Source of the DNA: Macrostomum lignano
Taxonomy: Eukaryota
Length of the DNA stretch: 64,000 nucleotides
Direction of reading: 5' to 3'
Assembly (NCBI GenBank): GCA_002269645.1
Contig: NIVC01000540.1
Coordinates: forward strand, 124,001-188,000
Each line of letters opens with the position of its first letter. The stretch's first letter is position 1. The notes beneath the pieces were generated by a model. The model ran no database searches, was not told where the DNA came from, and was given only the letters and a program-made list of their open reading frames with translations. Made by a program: the position numbers and the translations under genes. This document shows positions 39,303-52,231 of this stretch, one piece after another.

Positions 39303-39953
39303 ATGCGGCCGCCACAACTGGGCGGCGTCGCAGCGGCGCTCGCCGTAGCCTTCGCCATTCTCGCCGCCGAATCCGACACTACCACCGTCCAGCCGGCGGT
39401 CTACGGCCGCTCCAGCATGCGGAACCGATCGCTGGAGAAGAAGCTGATCAAGACGCTGCTCCATCGGTATAATGAGACCGGCATCGTTGGGAGGCCCGTG
39501 GTCAAGGCCTCCGACCTGATGACCATCCAGTTCGGGCTGGCGATCATCCAGATCCTCGACCTGGACGAAAACCGGCAGTTCCTGCGCACCAACTGCTGGA
39601 TGCGCTACGCCTGGCAGGACCCGCTGCTGAACTGGACCTGGAACGGCACCGAGGAGGCTCGCGAGTGGAAAAGCTTCGAGAACATCACCCAGCTGCGACT
39701 CAACCCGGAGGACGTGTGGACTCCGGATATCCGGCTGTTCAACTTTGCGGACACCCGACTAAAGGAGAAGCGCACGGCTCGGATTGTGGTCTATCAGGAT
39801 GGAAGCGTGCTGTGGGTGCCACAGAGCCTGTTCAAGAGCACCTGCGAAATTGAGATCAAGTACTTCCCGTTCGATACGCAGACTTGCTCGCTGGAGTTCG
39901 GATCGAGAACTTACGATCTGACTAAGATCAATCTCACTTGGTATCCGTTTGAG
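39303..39953 (+). CDS. Cys-loop ligand-gated ion channel, nicotinic acetylcholine receptor family, exon 1
   Basis: Signal peptide, GRPV, WTPDIRLFN, Cys-loop CEIEIKYFPFDTQTC. GTGAGG donor at 39954. Confidence 0.93.
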
Positions 39954-40049
39954 GTGAGGGGAGACCGACCGATGCGTTTCATTGTTTTCTAAGAAGTCTG
40001 CAGCTGACCTCCATTCTTCGACAACACTTCCTCTGCCTTCCTCTGCCTT

Positions 40050-41445
40050 AGAAGTCTAACCCATTCTACCGCAATTCCTAGAAATCTAACTTATTCTACC
40101 TCAATTCCAAGAAATCTAATCCATTATACCTCAATTCTAAGAACTCTAATCCATTATACCTCAATTCCAAGAAATCTAATCCATTATACCTCAATTCCAA
40201 GAAATATAATCCATTCTACCTCAATTCCATGAAATCTAATCCATTACACCTCAATTCCTAGACCTCTAATCCATTATACCTTAATTCCAAGAAATCTAAT
40301 CCATTCTACCTCAATTCCTAGAAATCTAATCGATTCTGTCTCATCTACTGGAAATTGACTCCAGTCCGTCTATAAATTCCTAGAAATCGAGCAAAACCTT
40401 CTTACATTATAGAAATCAAATCCAGTCTATCACAGAGCTCTAAAATTCCTAGTTTAATCAAAACTCATAACAGCAATGTCATTAAAGTTTCCTTTTTGCT
40501 TCAAATTTGACACCACAACGCTTCGAAAGCTTCATTTTATCTTGTACCGCAATAAAAATTAAAATTATTGTACCGCAATTCCCAGAAATTTAATCCATTA
40601 TACTTCAATTCCAAGAAATTTAATCCTTTATACCTCAATTCCAAGAAATCTAATCCATTATACCTTAATTCCTAGAAATCTAACCCATTCTACCTCAATT
40701 CTAAGAAATCTAATCCATTCTACCTCAATTCCAAGAAATCTAATCCATTATACCTCAATTTCTAGAAATCTAATCCATTCTACCTCAATTCCAAGAAATC
40801 TAATCCATTCTACCTCAATTCCAAGAAATCTAATCCATTATACCTCAATTCCTAGAAATCTAATCCATTATACCTCAATTCCAAGAAATCTAATCCATTA
40901 TACCTTAATTCCTAGAAATCTAACCCATTATACCTCAATTCTAAGAAATCTAATCCATTCTACCTCAATTCCAAGAAATCTAATCCATTATACCTCAATT
41001 TCTAGAAATCTAATCCATTATACCTCAATTCCTAGAAATCTAATCCATTATACCTTAATTCCTAGAAATCTTACCCATTCTACCTCAATTCTAAGAAATC
41101 TAATCCATTATACCTCAATTCCTAGAAATCTAATCCATTATACCTCAATTCCTAGAAATCTAATCAATTCTACCTCAATTCCAAGAAATCTAATCCATTA
41201 TACCTCAATTCCTAGAAATCTAATCGATTCTGTCTTATCTACTGGAAATTGACTCCAGTCCGTCTATAAATTCCTAGAAATCGAGCAAACCTTCTTACAT
41301 TTCCTAGAAATCGAATCCAATCTATCACAGAGCTCTAAAAGTCCTAGTTTAATCAAAACTCATAACAGCAATGTCATTAAAGTTTCCGTTTTGCTTCAAA
41401 TTTGACACCACAACGCTTCGAAAGCTTCATTTTATCTTGTACCTG
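40050..41445. repeat. 30-bp intronic minisatellite (AGAAATCTAATCCATTATACCTCAATTCCW) with a duplicated block of about 230 bp, 894 bp apart
   Basis: Direct periodicity. The unique block starting GATTCTGTC occurs at about 40332 and 41226. Confidence 0.9.
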
Positions 41446-41849
41446 CAGGTAAATGTAATCAAACTTTGTTTGTAAATACGAATCACCTTAAATGCAGCAT
41501 GCAGTATGCCGTCTATCTTAGTTCCATCAAGTTCCATCAAGTTCCATTAAGCTGTAAATTTCAAGAGAGAATCGACGAAATCCGCAGGCAGGTGGCCTAT
41601 GGGGCGGGGCGCGTCTCCAGCTAACCGATCCCTAATTACTAACGAGCTAGCATGCGCTTCGATTTTCCCAGCAGCGAAGAAGACAGAACGAGTAAAAAAG
41701 TCTCGGACTGCACAAGCAGAAACAGGGGACACTCACTGCTGCTCTGTCATAATTAAAGACGAAAAGTAAGATGGAAAAGCCGGCAAAGCTTGCGATGATG
41801 AAAGGATTCGCAAAAAACAAATCTGCTGTAAATGGCATGGCAGAAAATC

Positions 41850-42203
<354 letters not shown>

Positions 42204-43759
42204 CTCCGACACTAAGGCAGAATAATGATTTATATCGTCGTAGCCAAGAGACGAGCAGTTAAACAAAGTAAAAAGCAATTAAAAAGAAAAACTAAAGATT
42301 AGCTAAAGAGAAAAATCGAAAATTGATTGCCCATCTGCGTCGAACGGTTCAGAATAATCGGATTAGCGGCATAAAACTGAATGCCAAAGCCGGGTTCAGC
42401 GAAGCCCATGCTGAAAAGCGCAGCAAAGCTCCACAGAATCCACGAATTGCGATGCAGCGCTGGGACCAGCGGGGGGGGGGGGTTCGGCATTCGCTGGCTA
42501 CCTACAAGACCTACTTTCCTGCTTCGCTTCAACCGTAAATCTTTCAATGGAATTAATTGATTCCGTCCAGGAGAGAGCTGCAGGAAGAAGGGGACCCGTT
42601 CGGCTGCAGCCCCTGTCTCTTATTTATCCCTCATCTCTCGTCGCCCTACCCCCCCCCCCACCGGGGCCAGGCGGCCTAGCCAGGCCACTCGAACTGACAG
42701 CTTTAACGCAGTGGATCCCAATTTGCGGGCAATTTCCCCCCGGAATCCAGGCATCTCCGCTGCGCTTCATTCGTAATCTCGTGATGGACGGACGCGAGCC
42801 CGCTGCGGCGCGGAAAAGGCGCGCGTGTTTTTCTTCCAATCGAGGCAAAGAGAAAACAGCCGGCCCGGCACCTCGTTATCTCTTCTTAGGCCTACCGAAG
42901 CGCAGTTCTTATCAAATCCACTTGACGCCTTCTGTCTGGCAGTCTGTTCTGTTAGAACAGGTTTCACTAGCCGTGACCTTACGTACATGTATACTGCAGG
43001 GCGGCCTGCGGGAGGTCAGATCAGATGTTTTAATGGGCATCAGCGTTCCAGGCTGAACTTTTATAATTGCGCTCATATAATACTGTATGCCCGAACGCTT
43101 TGCCATTGCTGCTTCTAGGAGTGGGGAGAGAAAGGCAGAGGGCGACCAACCACTGCTATGCTTCGATCGTTTTGTAGCGGCAGGCAGTTCCCTTATTATT
43201 GCTGCAATTGATCCTTTTTACTGTGAGGGAGAAATCGTCTCTCTCTCCCTCCCTCTGATTCCCTCTTTCTCTCTCTCGATTTCCTCTCCAGCGTAGAAGC
43301 CACGATATCCCATTCCAAAGAGTCCACTTACTATGCATTCCTAATAATAAGCGTACAAATATAAAATAGGCTATTGGGCTATAGATGCTATGGAGATGCC
43401 GTGGAAGAAGCATGCGAGCTTAGCCAGGGGCACAGGGCTGCGCCAGAATCTGGGGCAAACTGCTCAGTGGCGTGAGGAAGGGGAGAAGGGAGAAGAGGGA
43501 GGGCTGAAAGAAAAGTCCGGGTTTCGTGGCCCTGAGAGCCAATTGTTCCAAATCACAAGTTGGGGGTGACAGCGAAGAAAGCACTTGCTGTATGAGCTGG
43601 TTGAAAAAATAGTTAATCACCCAGCACAGTATGTGCAAAACCCAACAGCTTTATAATTGGGTTCAACTACTCGTAATTTGACATTTTGACGTCTTGTTGA
43701 GAAAGCATAAAATAAAGTAAAGCGCTCTCACTGTTTTGACCAAAGCTTTCTCTATCAAG

Positions 43760-44110
43760 TCTCTCCTCTCCCATGTCTCCTCTCTCCTGCTATCGCCCTC
43801 TTTTGTCTCCCTCTCCCCAGTCTCCCTCTCCCCCTGTCTCCCTATTTCCCTGTCTCCATCTTCCTCTGTCTCCCTCTCCATCCCAACTCCCTCTTCCACC
43901 GTCTCCCTCTCCCTCTGTCCCTCTTCCTCTGTCTCTCTCTCCCCCCAACTCCCTCTCCCCCTGTCTCCCACTGTCGCTGTCTCCCTCTCGCCTTGTTCCC
44001 CCTTCCCTGTCTCCCTCTCACTTCTCACTTGTCTCCCTCTCCCCTCTCCCCTGTCTCCCTCTTCCTCTGTCTCCAGTCTCTTTCTGTCTCCACTCTCCGC
44101 CCGCGTCCCC
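43760..44110. repeat. Pyrimidine-rich (CT-rich) low-complexity tract
   Basis: Direct. Confidence 0.85.
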
Positions 44111-44902
44111 TTTCCTGCCGCCTCTGATCCCAGCCACTGTGAGCGGGCAGCAGCATCAGCGTGATACTTCCTGATGCGGATTCGCTTATCTTAATTAGAG
44201 CATTAGGGCTGAACCTCAGTTCAGTGAGACAGAGAGATGAAGGCTTTTATAAGATTCCTGCTAGCTAGTGATCTAACGATTGGCTCCTAGGACTCCAAGT
44301 GCATATCAATGATAGGAAGCATGTTTCGAATAATGGGAAACCCGACAGAGCTAGCTTGGTTTAATGAGGATATGAATTATGAAATTTTAAAACCCACCCG
44401 CCTGTACAGGTCAGGCGTTGGACCGAAACGAGAGAGGATTCGCCTCGCTATAAAATGAGTGCGTTGTTATCCCCTTTTCCGATTTTGAGACCGGGCTGGA
44501 AGGAAATCGATAACACCCCCAGCCGAAGGGAGCGTCGGCGATCGGGATTTTATGGCGCACTCGGGGATTTCAGAATCCTTGTTGTGCGGGTAGCTGCGAG
44601 GTGGAAAGGAAGGAGAACGGGAACTTGTTTTAATGCGACCGCCTGGCTCTGCCTCTCCCCTATTCCTGTTTCCGATCCCCACTCTCTCTTTCCCAATATT
44701 GGAGGAGATCGAGCCGGCAACACGCGGATGATCTGAGTTCGAGAGGAGAGAGGCTTCATCAAATTTGGTTCGAGATCCAGTTTTCTTAGGGTCTCCGAAG
44801 CTCTCCCAGCTTTACTGAAATCTCAGTCTCGCTTTGCCTTTTCGGAGCGCTAAAATCTCTGCTGTCCTCTTCCATTTTCTTGTTTCCGTTTTCTGTCGTA
44901 TT

Positions 44903-45090
44903 TATGTATGTATGTATGTATGTATGTATGTATGTATGTATGTATGTACGTATGTATGTATGTATGTATGTATGTATGTATGTATGTATGTATGTATGTA
45001 TGTATGTATGTATGTATGTATGTATGTATGTATGTATGTATGTATGTATGTACGTATGTATGTATGTATGTATGTATGTATGTATGTATG
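44903..45090. repeat. (TATG)n microsatellite
   Basis: Direct. Confidence 0.97.
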
Positions 45091-46657
45091 TGTGTGTCTG
45101 TCTTTGTTTTCGTCTATTTTTCTATTATATCTTTATATATATAGTCGTATAGTCTTCTTTCTATTTTACAAAATACTTTCTGTCGGTTCCAGTTTCCGCC
45201 TGTCGACCTTCTGAGCGCCGTGGCTCCTAGTATGTAGCTTTCTGTCCGTGTCACACGTGCTCAAACTCTGGGCACAGTAGATAACCGGAGTTCTGATAGA
45301 TATGCATTGTGACAGGGAAAGTCGGGGGAGGAACAGCTGACTGGCGCCTGCACAGCCCTCCGTCCCTTCGATGTCTTGTAGATCAGCTCTCGGCAAAATG
45401 TCTGTCGCCGCCCCCTTCAGTGGGGTAACGGCGAGAGTGAGAGAGATAAAGTAGGGACAGGAGAATGAGAACAGAGGAGAGGGGCTCAGAATTGAATTTG
45501 CCTCCTAATCAGTCTGACCTAGAATGGACTCAACTAGCTCAAGAGACGAGAATAAGAGCGAGATGCAGAGTGAGAGGCTGGCAGCTCTAGCTAAAGCGAA
45601 CTAGAAGAAGCTATTCCATGGTCCTAGCCCGCAGTGTGCCAATAAGTTTATCAGAGCTGGCTGTATATGCGCAATATCTATCTCTCTTGCCCGGCCTCTA
45701 CTTCACTGACTATCCTTCCCCGGTGGCAGTCAGTCTTCCCTGACGGATACTCGCAATAGCCTCCGTCATGTCGGGCTAATCCGTGCCAGTAAGCTCCTCC
45801 AATCTATTCGCTTGGGCCGCGACAGCAAGCAAACAAAATGCCGCAGCAATAGTACAGTACAGACATGCTATCGGTCACTTTCTAGCCATCTTCATTATCC
45901 TAATTGCGACGTGTTTTCCTCGGAACTGCAGTCAACTTTGGTCCAGGCTTATTAAATCAACTGGCCACAGAGTTAGTTGGGCCGTGAAGTGCCGCAGCAT
46001 CCGGGCTTGAGTGGCTGGAGAAATGAAACGGGGGAAACGAACCAGTTCCAATCTAGCTCAATTTTCTACCCTAACCAGAAACTTGCGAACGCTTCCATCT
46101 TTCATTTCGCCGCTTGCCCGGGTCCTGTTGCAGCACTACACATTCGGTTGGTAAAGTCGGCGGAGCAATCAAAATAGAGTTCCAGAGTTGAAGTGCCGCT
46201 TAGCTCCTACCTCCCTGTCCAGACACTTTGTGCTCATCTATATTTTTCTGGCAGTGGTCTCCAAGGTCCTTATGACGAGCTTTGCGCAGGGAGCTCTCGA
46301 TTTTTGGTTTTTCACTTTTTATTTGCTACAGACCATTTGGATTTGTTTACGGCTCTATGGTACTCGTACATCGCCATATTGTGTAGCAATGCATCGTAGA
46401 ATCAGAGGTAGCCACCCAAACCTAAAGAATAAAGGAATCCGTGCTCAGATAGGTGATTTTCACATTAGCTAAATGCATAAATATGGTTAAAGACAAATAC
46501 TGTCTTTCACTCTCCCCGCAGTACTGGGTACTTCACTTTATAGTTAAAATTACCCAGATTCGAGAGTCGAATTGAAAATACCCATCCCAGAATAGACAAA
46601 TGCCTCGTCATCTAACCCATAGTTAAAGCCAGATGCCCTTCCCTTTCGCTCCCACAG

Positions 46658-47065
46658 TACGAAGTGTACAAATACGAGCCAAATCCCTACGTGGACTTCA
46701 CGAACTACATTAGAAGCCACGAGTGGATCACCGACGGTCAGGAAGAATTCACTGTGCGGCCGTCCCAGCGAGAACGCCAGCTAAAATCCCGGATGAAGTG
46801 CAAGAAAATCACCACGCTTGACCGGAACGGCACCAAACACACCAGAATCTATCAGACCCTGGTTTACAAGATTCGGATGCGACGTAATCCGGCTTTCTAC
46901 CTGTCAATTCTTGTGCTGCCCTGCATTCTGTTGTCCTGCCTCACCTGGGTCATCTTCTGGCTGCCACCGGAATCCCCCGCAAAAATGCTACTGGGAATGA
47001 ACATCTTTGTAGCCTTTTTTGTCTTGATGCTCCTGCTAGCCAAGACAACACCGAGTGCTGTTCGG
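46658..47065 (+). CDS. Nicotinic-family subunit exon 2 (loop C, M1, M2)
   Basis: CAG acceptor, phase 0. RRNPAFYLSILVLPCILLSCLTWVIFWLPPESPAKMLLGMNIFVAFFVLMLLL. GTGAGT donor at 47066. Confidence 0.92.
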
Positions 47066-47071
47066 GTGAGT

Positions 47072-47125
47072 TGGTTCGTTGGTTGGTTGATTGGTTGGAT
47101 GGTTAGTTGGTTGGTTGGTTGGTTA

Positions 47126-47168
<43 letters not shown>
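47072..47168. repeat. (GGTT)n-(GATT)n compound microsatellite filling intron 2
   Basis: Direct. Confidence 0.9.
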
Positions 47169-47205
47169 CAATGACCCTAATTGTTCTTTACTTCTGAATT
47201 CACAG

Positions 47206-47826
47206 GACTTCCCCTACATCGGGTATTTCTACGGCTTCAACATGGTGCTGATCACTCTGAGTACCTTCCTGGCAGCCATTGTGCTCAATTTCTACGTTCG
47301 AGCCGAGAGGCAGAAGCCAATGAACCATATTTTGCGTCGCTGGGCGGTGGAGGGCCTTGGCCGGATGTTCTTGGTGCGCCAGGCAGTGCCCCTGAAGAGC
47401 CCTGCCGAGCTCAGCGCGGCAAGCTCGGCGGCAGATGCAGCTGCCCTCCGTAGCGCTAGCCACCAGACGTTGTCGGGCGGGCTAGCCGTCAGTGCAAAGT
47501 CTGCGACAGATGACGCCGGCGATTCGCCAATCCTTAGCATGCCGTCGGGGCCGGGTGGAATGGCTCAGTACGGCGAAGTGGAGCGGGAGGTCCGCGAGAT
47601 TCGCCAATTTCTCAAGTCGTACGTTGGCCGACTAAAGGAGAAGGACAGGCGAAACATGGCCTCAATGGAGTGGCGTACTCTGGCTGTAGTGCTGGATCGC
47701 CTGTTCTTCACGGCCTACCTAATCTGTTTCTTTGCCGCAGTTATTGTGTTTATTCCTCGCGGACACGAGCCACTTGAGGACTACCTGAACTTCATGGAGA
47801 GCGACGCCTGCTACATACCAATCTGA
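47206..47826 (+). CDS. Nicotinic-family subunit exon 3 (M3, cytoplasmic loop, M4); total protein 559 aa
   Basis: CAG acceptor, phase 0. DFPYIGYFY..., EWRTLAVVLDRLFF (M4 motif), TGA. Confidence 0.92.
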   Translation, partial: DFPYIGYFYGFNMVLITLSTFLAAIVLNFYVRAERQKPMNHILRRWAVEGLGRMFLVRQAVPLKSPAELSAASSAADAAALRSASHQTLSGGLAVSAKSATDDAGDSPILSMPSGPGGMAQYGEVEREVREIRQFLKSYVGRLKEKDRRNMASMEWRTLAVVLDRLFFTAYLICFFAAVIVFIPRGHEPLEDYLNFMESDACYIPI

Positions 47827-49081
47827 TTGACATTGATTGGGTACTTACTTCTGTCCATTGGTGTGCAATGAATGAGCGTTATATGGCGTCCATTTTGATT
47901 TGTGATATCAGCTCAATATTAAATTAAAATCGGAGTGGAGCTTTCTGTATCGTAGAGGATTTTTAAATGATTGGAACTTACGATAGGTTATTGGAACTTC
48001 CGTGGATGTTTTTAACTCTCTGTAGATAATTGCAACTTCCGGAAGATAATTTGAGATTGCTTTGCAGACCGGTAGTTGATTAAAACTTCCGGTAGATGAT
48101 TGGAATTTCCAGTACCGGTAGATGGCTGGAACGTCCGATAGTTGGTTAAAACTTTCGATAGATGATTGCAACTTCCGGAAGATAATTTGAGCTTGAGGTG
48201 GTAATTTAAAACTTCTGGTAGGTAATTAAAAATTCCTTTTGACGATTTAAGACAGGTTAAAACTTTCTGTACGCAGAGTGGCGCCAGATTAACAATTACC
48301 ATGACGGTAAAAGTGAAAACTCTGCGCGCTATATTTTGTGTAGTATATGAAATTGTCATTTTTTGTTTAAAATAACATTATCATCAATACTAACAGTAGA
48401 TTTAGCTATTGTTTTTTTATTCCGCTGAGCGTGGTTTATACTAGTACTTGTATGCATACAAAAAGCGCAAAAATGCTCACTGGCAAAACTTTGTGATGCT
48501 CGAGTAGGGTGTATAAGTAGTATGCAAAGCAGATTTATTCCTTTTCTCGGTATTTCAGCAAATTTTTGTAACCGCTAAGTCTGCGAAACTTCGCTCATTT
48601 ATGACTGCAGCCTACAGTACAGTGAACACACCGCTAAGACTTTGTTGCACGAATTTCGAACACACGTACTATACGATGCAATATTCACTTTGTTGTGTAG
48701 TTAACTCGCCGCTCTAATATTAAAATACAATGCAATTTTCAAACAATGATGGCCTCTGATGATGACGACTTGATGGATTTTTTAACCACGATTAGTTGAC
48801 ATGGATTATCCTCTTCTATGCCTTTATTTTGTGTGCACTGAGCATCAGCGCTGACCATAGACAACTGGGCCTAAATGAGCGGGTCTGCTACACTCCCCCA
48901 AAATCCGATAAAGAACTTACCTAACTATGCAGAGTATCTGTAGATAAAAGCTTCACTGTACGTCTATACTGGGGCTTTTTCATTAATTGTCTATGGCCAG
49001 TCCCTTCCTTTTAAAATAAACAAGTCTGTACAGTACAGTAAGCATTTCTCCTTGATTGTTTTGCAACCAAACAAAGTGACT

Positions 49082-50689
49082 GATGGATCAGCTGCTTACG
49101 AGCGACGAGTCTTTGAGTGACTCGGACGATTCCTTATCAAGTGAAGAATTTCCTGACGAAGTACTCGAAGAGGCGGGCGAAACTGTTCAGAATGAGGCTT
49201 GGAGGGTAGTGGACGAAACCACCGATGAGAGAGCTGGACTGTTGCCGGAATTTCTTGGTGTTCCCAGAGTGCATCTGGAGCCAGGAGTTCAAGACGATAT
49301 AGCCCGCTTGATTACTTTGGCCAGTTTCTAACGGATGAGGCGATCAACCTATTGGTTGAGTTTACCAATGCTCGAGCATGGGAGGAGCTGAGAATACTTG
49401 AAGAAGATCAGGAAGAAGGAAATCAGCGATTGCCTCCGGTTCTTTCCGACTGGAAGGACTGCTCTGCCAACGAGATCAAGAAAGTTATAGCCATCATTTT
49501 CTACATGGGAATAGTGAAAAAGCCCGAAATCCAGAGCTATTGGGCTACCAGCAAGTTTCACGAAATCAATTTTTTCAAAGTGAGAACTGCTTATCTCGCA
49601 ATCGTTTCCAGAAGATTCTGTCGTTTTTTCGGTTTTATGATTGCCGCACAGCTGATGCAGCTGACCCATTGCGCAAAACCCGGTCATTTTTGAGTTATGT
49701 ACAGCAGATCTGCCAAAGAAAGTTTATGCCCGATAAAGACCTGGCCGTGGATGAAGAGCTGGTCCAGCACAAAGGCAGACTGGCTTTCAAGCAATATATC
49801 CCGACCAAACGGGCCAGGTATGGCATAAAAACCTACTGCCTATGCGATTCAAAGACCGGCTACCTTTGGAATATTCTGGTGCATTCAACAACAGACGAAA
49901 ACAACAAATTCGGGACCGAAATGGCTGCAAACCATCTCTCCATCAGCGAGCGAATTGTGGTCTAGTTGTGTGTCAAAGAACTTGTTCAATCTTGGCTACC
50001 GAATTTTTATTGACAGCTATTTTTGCTCCCACAAAATTCCACCTGAGCTCCAGCAGATGCGGATGCCAGCTCCATCGCATCGCTGCATGCGATTTGGCGA
50101 TGTACTGGCTATCAAGGTTACGGACCGCAAAGCCAGTGGTGTGAAGACGCTGTACCTCATCGACTCGTTCGGTACAGCAGGCAGTGTCCAGCGACAGAGA
50201 ATTCGTCGAGGTGGTCAGGTGGACGTCGTCAGCAAGCCGGTCTCCGTCCTGGACTATTCAAAGTGTATGGGAGGTGTCGATAGACTGGACTCTGCACTTC
50301 AACCCAACCATCCGAACAGGAAAATGTACCGCTGGCATCAGAAGCTGGGCATCCACTTTCTGCTGCAGCTGGCGCACAACTCCTGGATTTTGTACCACCT
50401 GTCCGGAGGATCGAAGAAGTTTTTACCATTCATGGAGAATTTGGTCGTCGCGCTGATTGACAGCTCAGGACCTGGGAAAAAGCGCTGCGTTCGCCCAGTG
50501 CCCGACGTTGGCGGAGCTGTGCACCTTCCCGGCAAGCTGCCCGCAACGCCTGGAAACGAGTGGCGCACGCGGCGCTGCCGAATCTGCTACCGGAATGGCA
50601 GGACTAGGCGGACAGTCTTCGTGTGTGAGCAATGCCCAGGTGAGCCCGGACTGTGCGTTCCCGGTTGCTTCCGAGAATGGCACAGCTAA
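49082..50689 (+). pseudogene. piggyBac (PGBD4-like) transposase, frameshifted
   Basis: Consecutive ORF pieces give an acidic N-terminus, SRNRF, LAVDEELV..KGR..KQYIPTKRARYGIK, IFIDSYF, YSKCMGGVDRLD and a C-terminal Cys-rich domain RRCRIC...CEQC..GLC..CFREWH. At least 3 frameshifts. Element TIRs not found. Confidence 0.92.
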
Positions 50690-51239
50690 GCAATTCAATG
50701 ATCTGCAGCACGGATGACTTTTTCGAACTGGGTTTTTATGTTTTTTATAATTATTGGTAGAATTTGTTGCAATGTTATTCCAATGTACCTAGTTTCTAGA
50801 AGTTTCCTTTCCCCTTCGCGCATTCTATACGAGTAAAATTTCCAAATTAAGTAAAAGAAATTTCTGCATTTTTCTTCGAATTTCCATAACAAAATATTTC
50901 TACGCGGAACCTTTACATATCTTATAGTTTAATTATTTGCCATATTCTTATTCAACGCATTTATCCGTATTAGCTACAGTTTACATTATAATGTTGTATC
51001 TTTGTTATAATTCTAAAGAAATTTCCAGAACACCGTTAATTTTGCTATAAATATACACCAGGCAAACCCAGCTAATAAGCAAGTGTTTTTCCGGTAATCT
51101 CGATTATCGATAATAAATAATTGAACCACCGCTTTCAAGCCTCATTTATTTTTCAGACACGCTACAACTGGTCCGGTGAGGCGTCCAATTGACTAGCATT
51201 TAATTCAGACCATTCAATTCATTCAGCGTGTACGATCCA

Positions 51240-52208
51240 ATGGCGGAAGGAAGCACCAACACACCATCCGTGGTCAGCCAGCAGCCCTCCGGGGTCAGCC
51301 AGCAGCCCTCCGGGGTCAGCCAGCAGCCCTCCGGGGTCAGCCAGCAGCCCTCCGGGGTCAGCCAGCAGCCCACACAAGGAGCGAGTGTCGCGGCGGCACC
51401 TGCCGACCCGCCTGCGGTAGCTGCGGTAGCCCTTAAAGTACCGCCATTCTTTCGTGGCAACCCCGATGCATGGTTTCGGATGTTGGACGCTCAGTTCGAC
51501 CTTCGAAACATCACCTCCGAGGTAACGCGGTTCAACCACCTGATCTGTCATCTACCGGAGGATATCGCAGCTGTTTTATTGTCTGTGGACACTCCGTCCA
51601 ACTATACCGCACTGAAGCAAGCCGTACTGAAGATGCTTCAGAAGAGTCAGCAAGAGCGAATTAACGAGGTCATGAGCGTCTCTGACCTGGGAGGAGACAA
51701 ACCCAGCATCTTCATACAGCGGCTGCAGGCCAAGATGGCTCAATGCAATATCAAGGAGAACCCAGACATGGTCAAGGCCACGCTTCTCCGCTGCCTCCCG
51801 GCAGAGCTACGCCTTCATCTGTCCGGTTTTCAGGACGAAGATCCAGCACGGCTCGCTTCCATCGCGGACTCCATGCTGGCTATTCAGCAGTCATCTGGCC
51901 ACCGCGTCCACGCAGTTCAGAGTACGGCAGGCGACTCAAAGACATCGGGGCCACGGCAGAAGTCACAGCTGACATCCAGCATGGAACCCTTCTACCCAGG
52001 CCAAAAACCAGTAGTCTGCAGAGGACATCTCTACTACGGTGCGCGAACACGCACATGCAGACGCTGGTGCCAGTTCCCGCGCTCATCCGGCGGTCGCCAG
52101 CCTCGCATCCTAGGTCCCAACGAGAGGACTCCGGTGCAATCCCGCTCGAACTCGCCAGAACGTCCGGCCCAGGGAAACTTCCAGGCACTACCCATGACGC
52201 CGCAGTGA
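51240..52208 (+). CDS. gag: Gypsy Gag
   Basis: ATG at 51240. [22 protein letters not shown] is a typical Gypsy Gag N-terminus. Contains a 21-bp repeat coding VSQQPSG about 5 times. Confidence 0.9.
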   Translation: MAEGSTNTPSVVSQQPSGVSQQPSGVSQQPSGVSQQPSGVSQQPTQGASVAAAPADPPAVAAVALKVPPFFRGNPDAWFRMLDAQFDLRNITSEVTRFNHLICHLPEDIAAVLLSVDTPSNYTALKQAVLKMLQKSQQERINEVMSVSDLGGDKPSIFIQRLQAKMAQCNIKENPDMVKATLLRCLPAELRLHLSGFQDEDPARLASIADSMLAIQQSSGHRVHAVQSTAGDSKTSGPRQKSQLTSSMEPFYPGQKPVVCRGHLYYGARTRTCRRWCQFPRSSGGRQPRILGPNERTPVQSRSNSPERPAQGNFQALPMTPQ

Positions 52209-52231
52209 GCAGTGCCACAGACGAAGCGGCG
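52172..52231 (+). promoter_or_regulatory. -1 programmed ribosomal frameshift signal (slippery heptamer plus predicted pseudoknot)
   Basis: G GGA AAC at 52172-52178, in gag phase. Stem 1 GGCACT (52184-89) / AGTGCC (52211-16); loop CGCCGC (52198-203) pairs with GCGGCG (52226-31). Confidence 0.75.

Noticed and set aside
48200-49080. piggyBac left terminal repeat
   Set aside because: I checked the TTAA sites here against those at 56005-57500 and found no matching inverted pair, so element ends are not reported.
51743-52171. Long N-terminal part of the 1230-aa track ORF as real Pol sequence
   Set aside because: It overlaps gag in the -1 frame upstream of the slippery site; Pol similarity begins only after about 52172.
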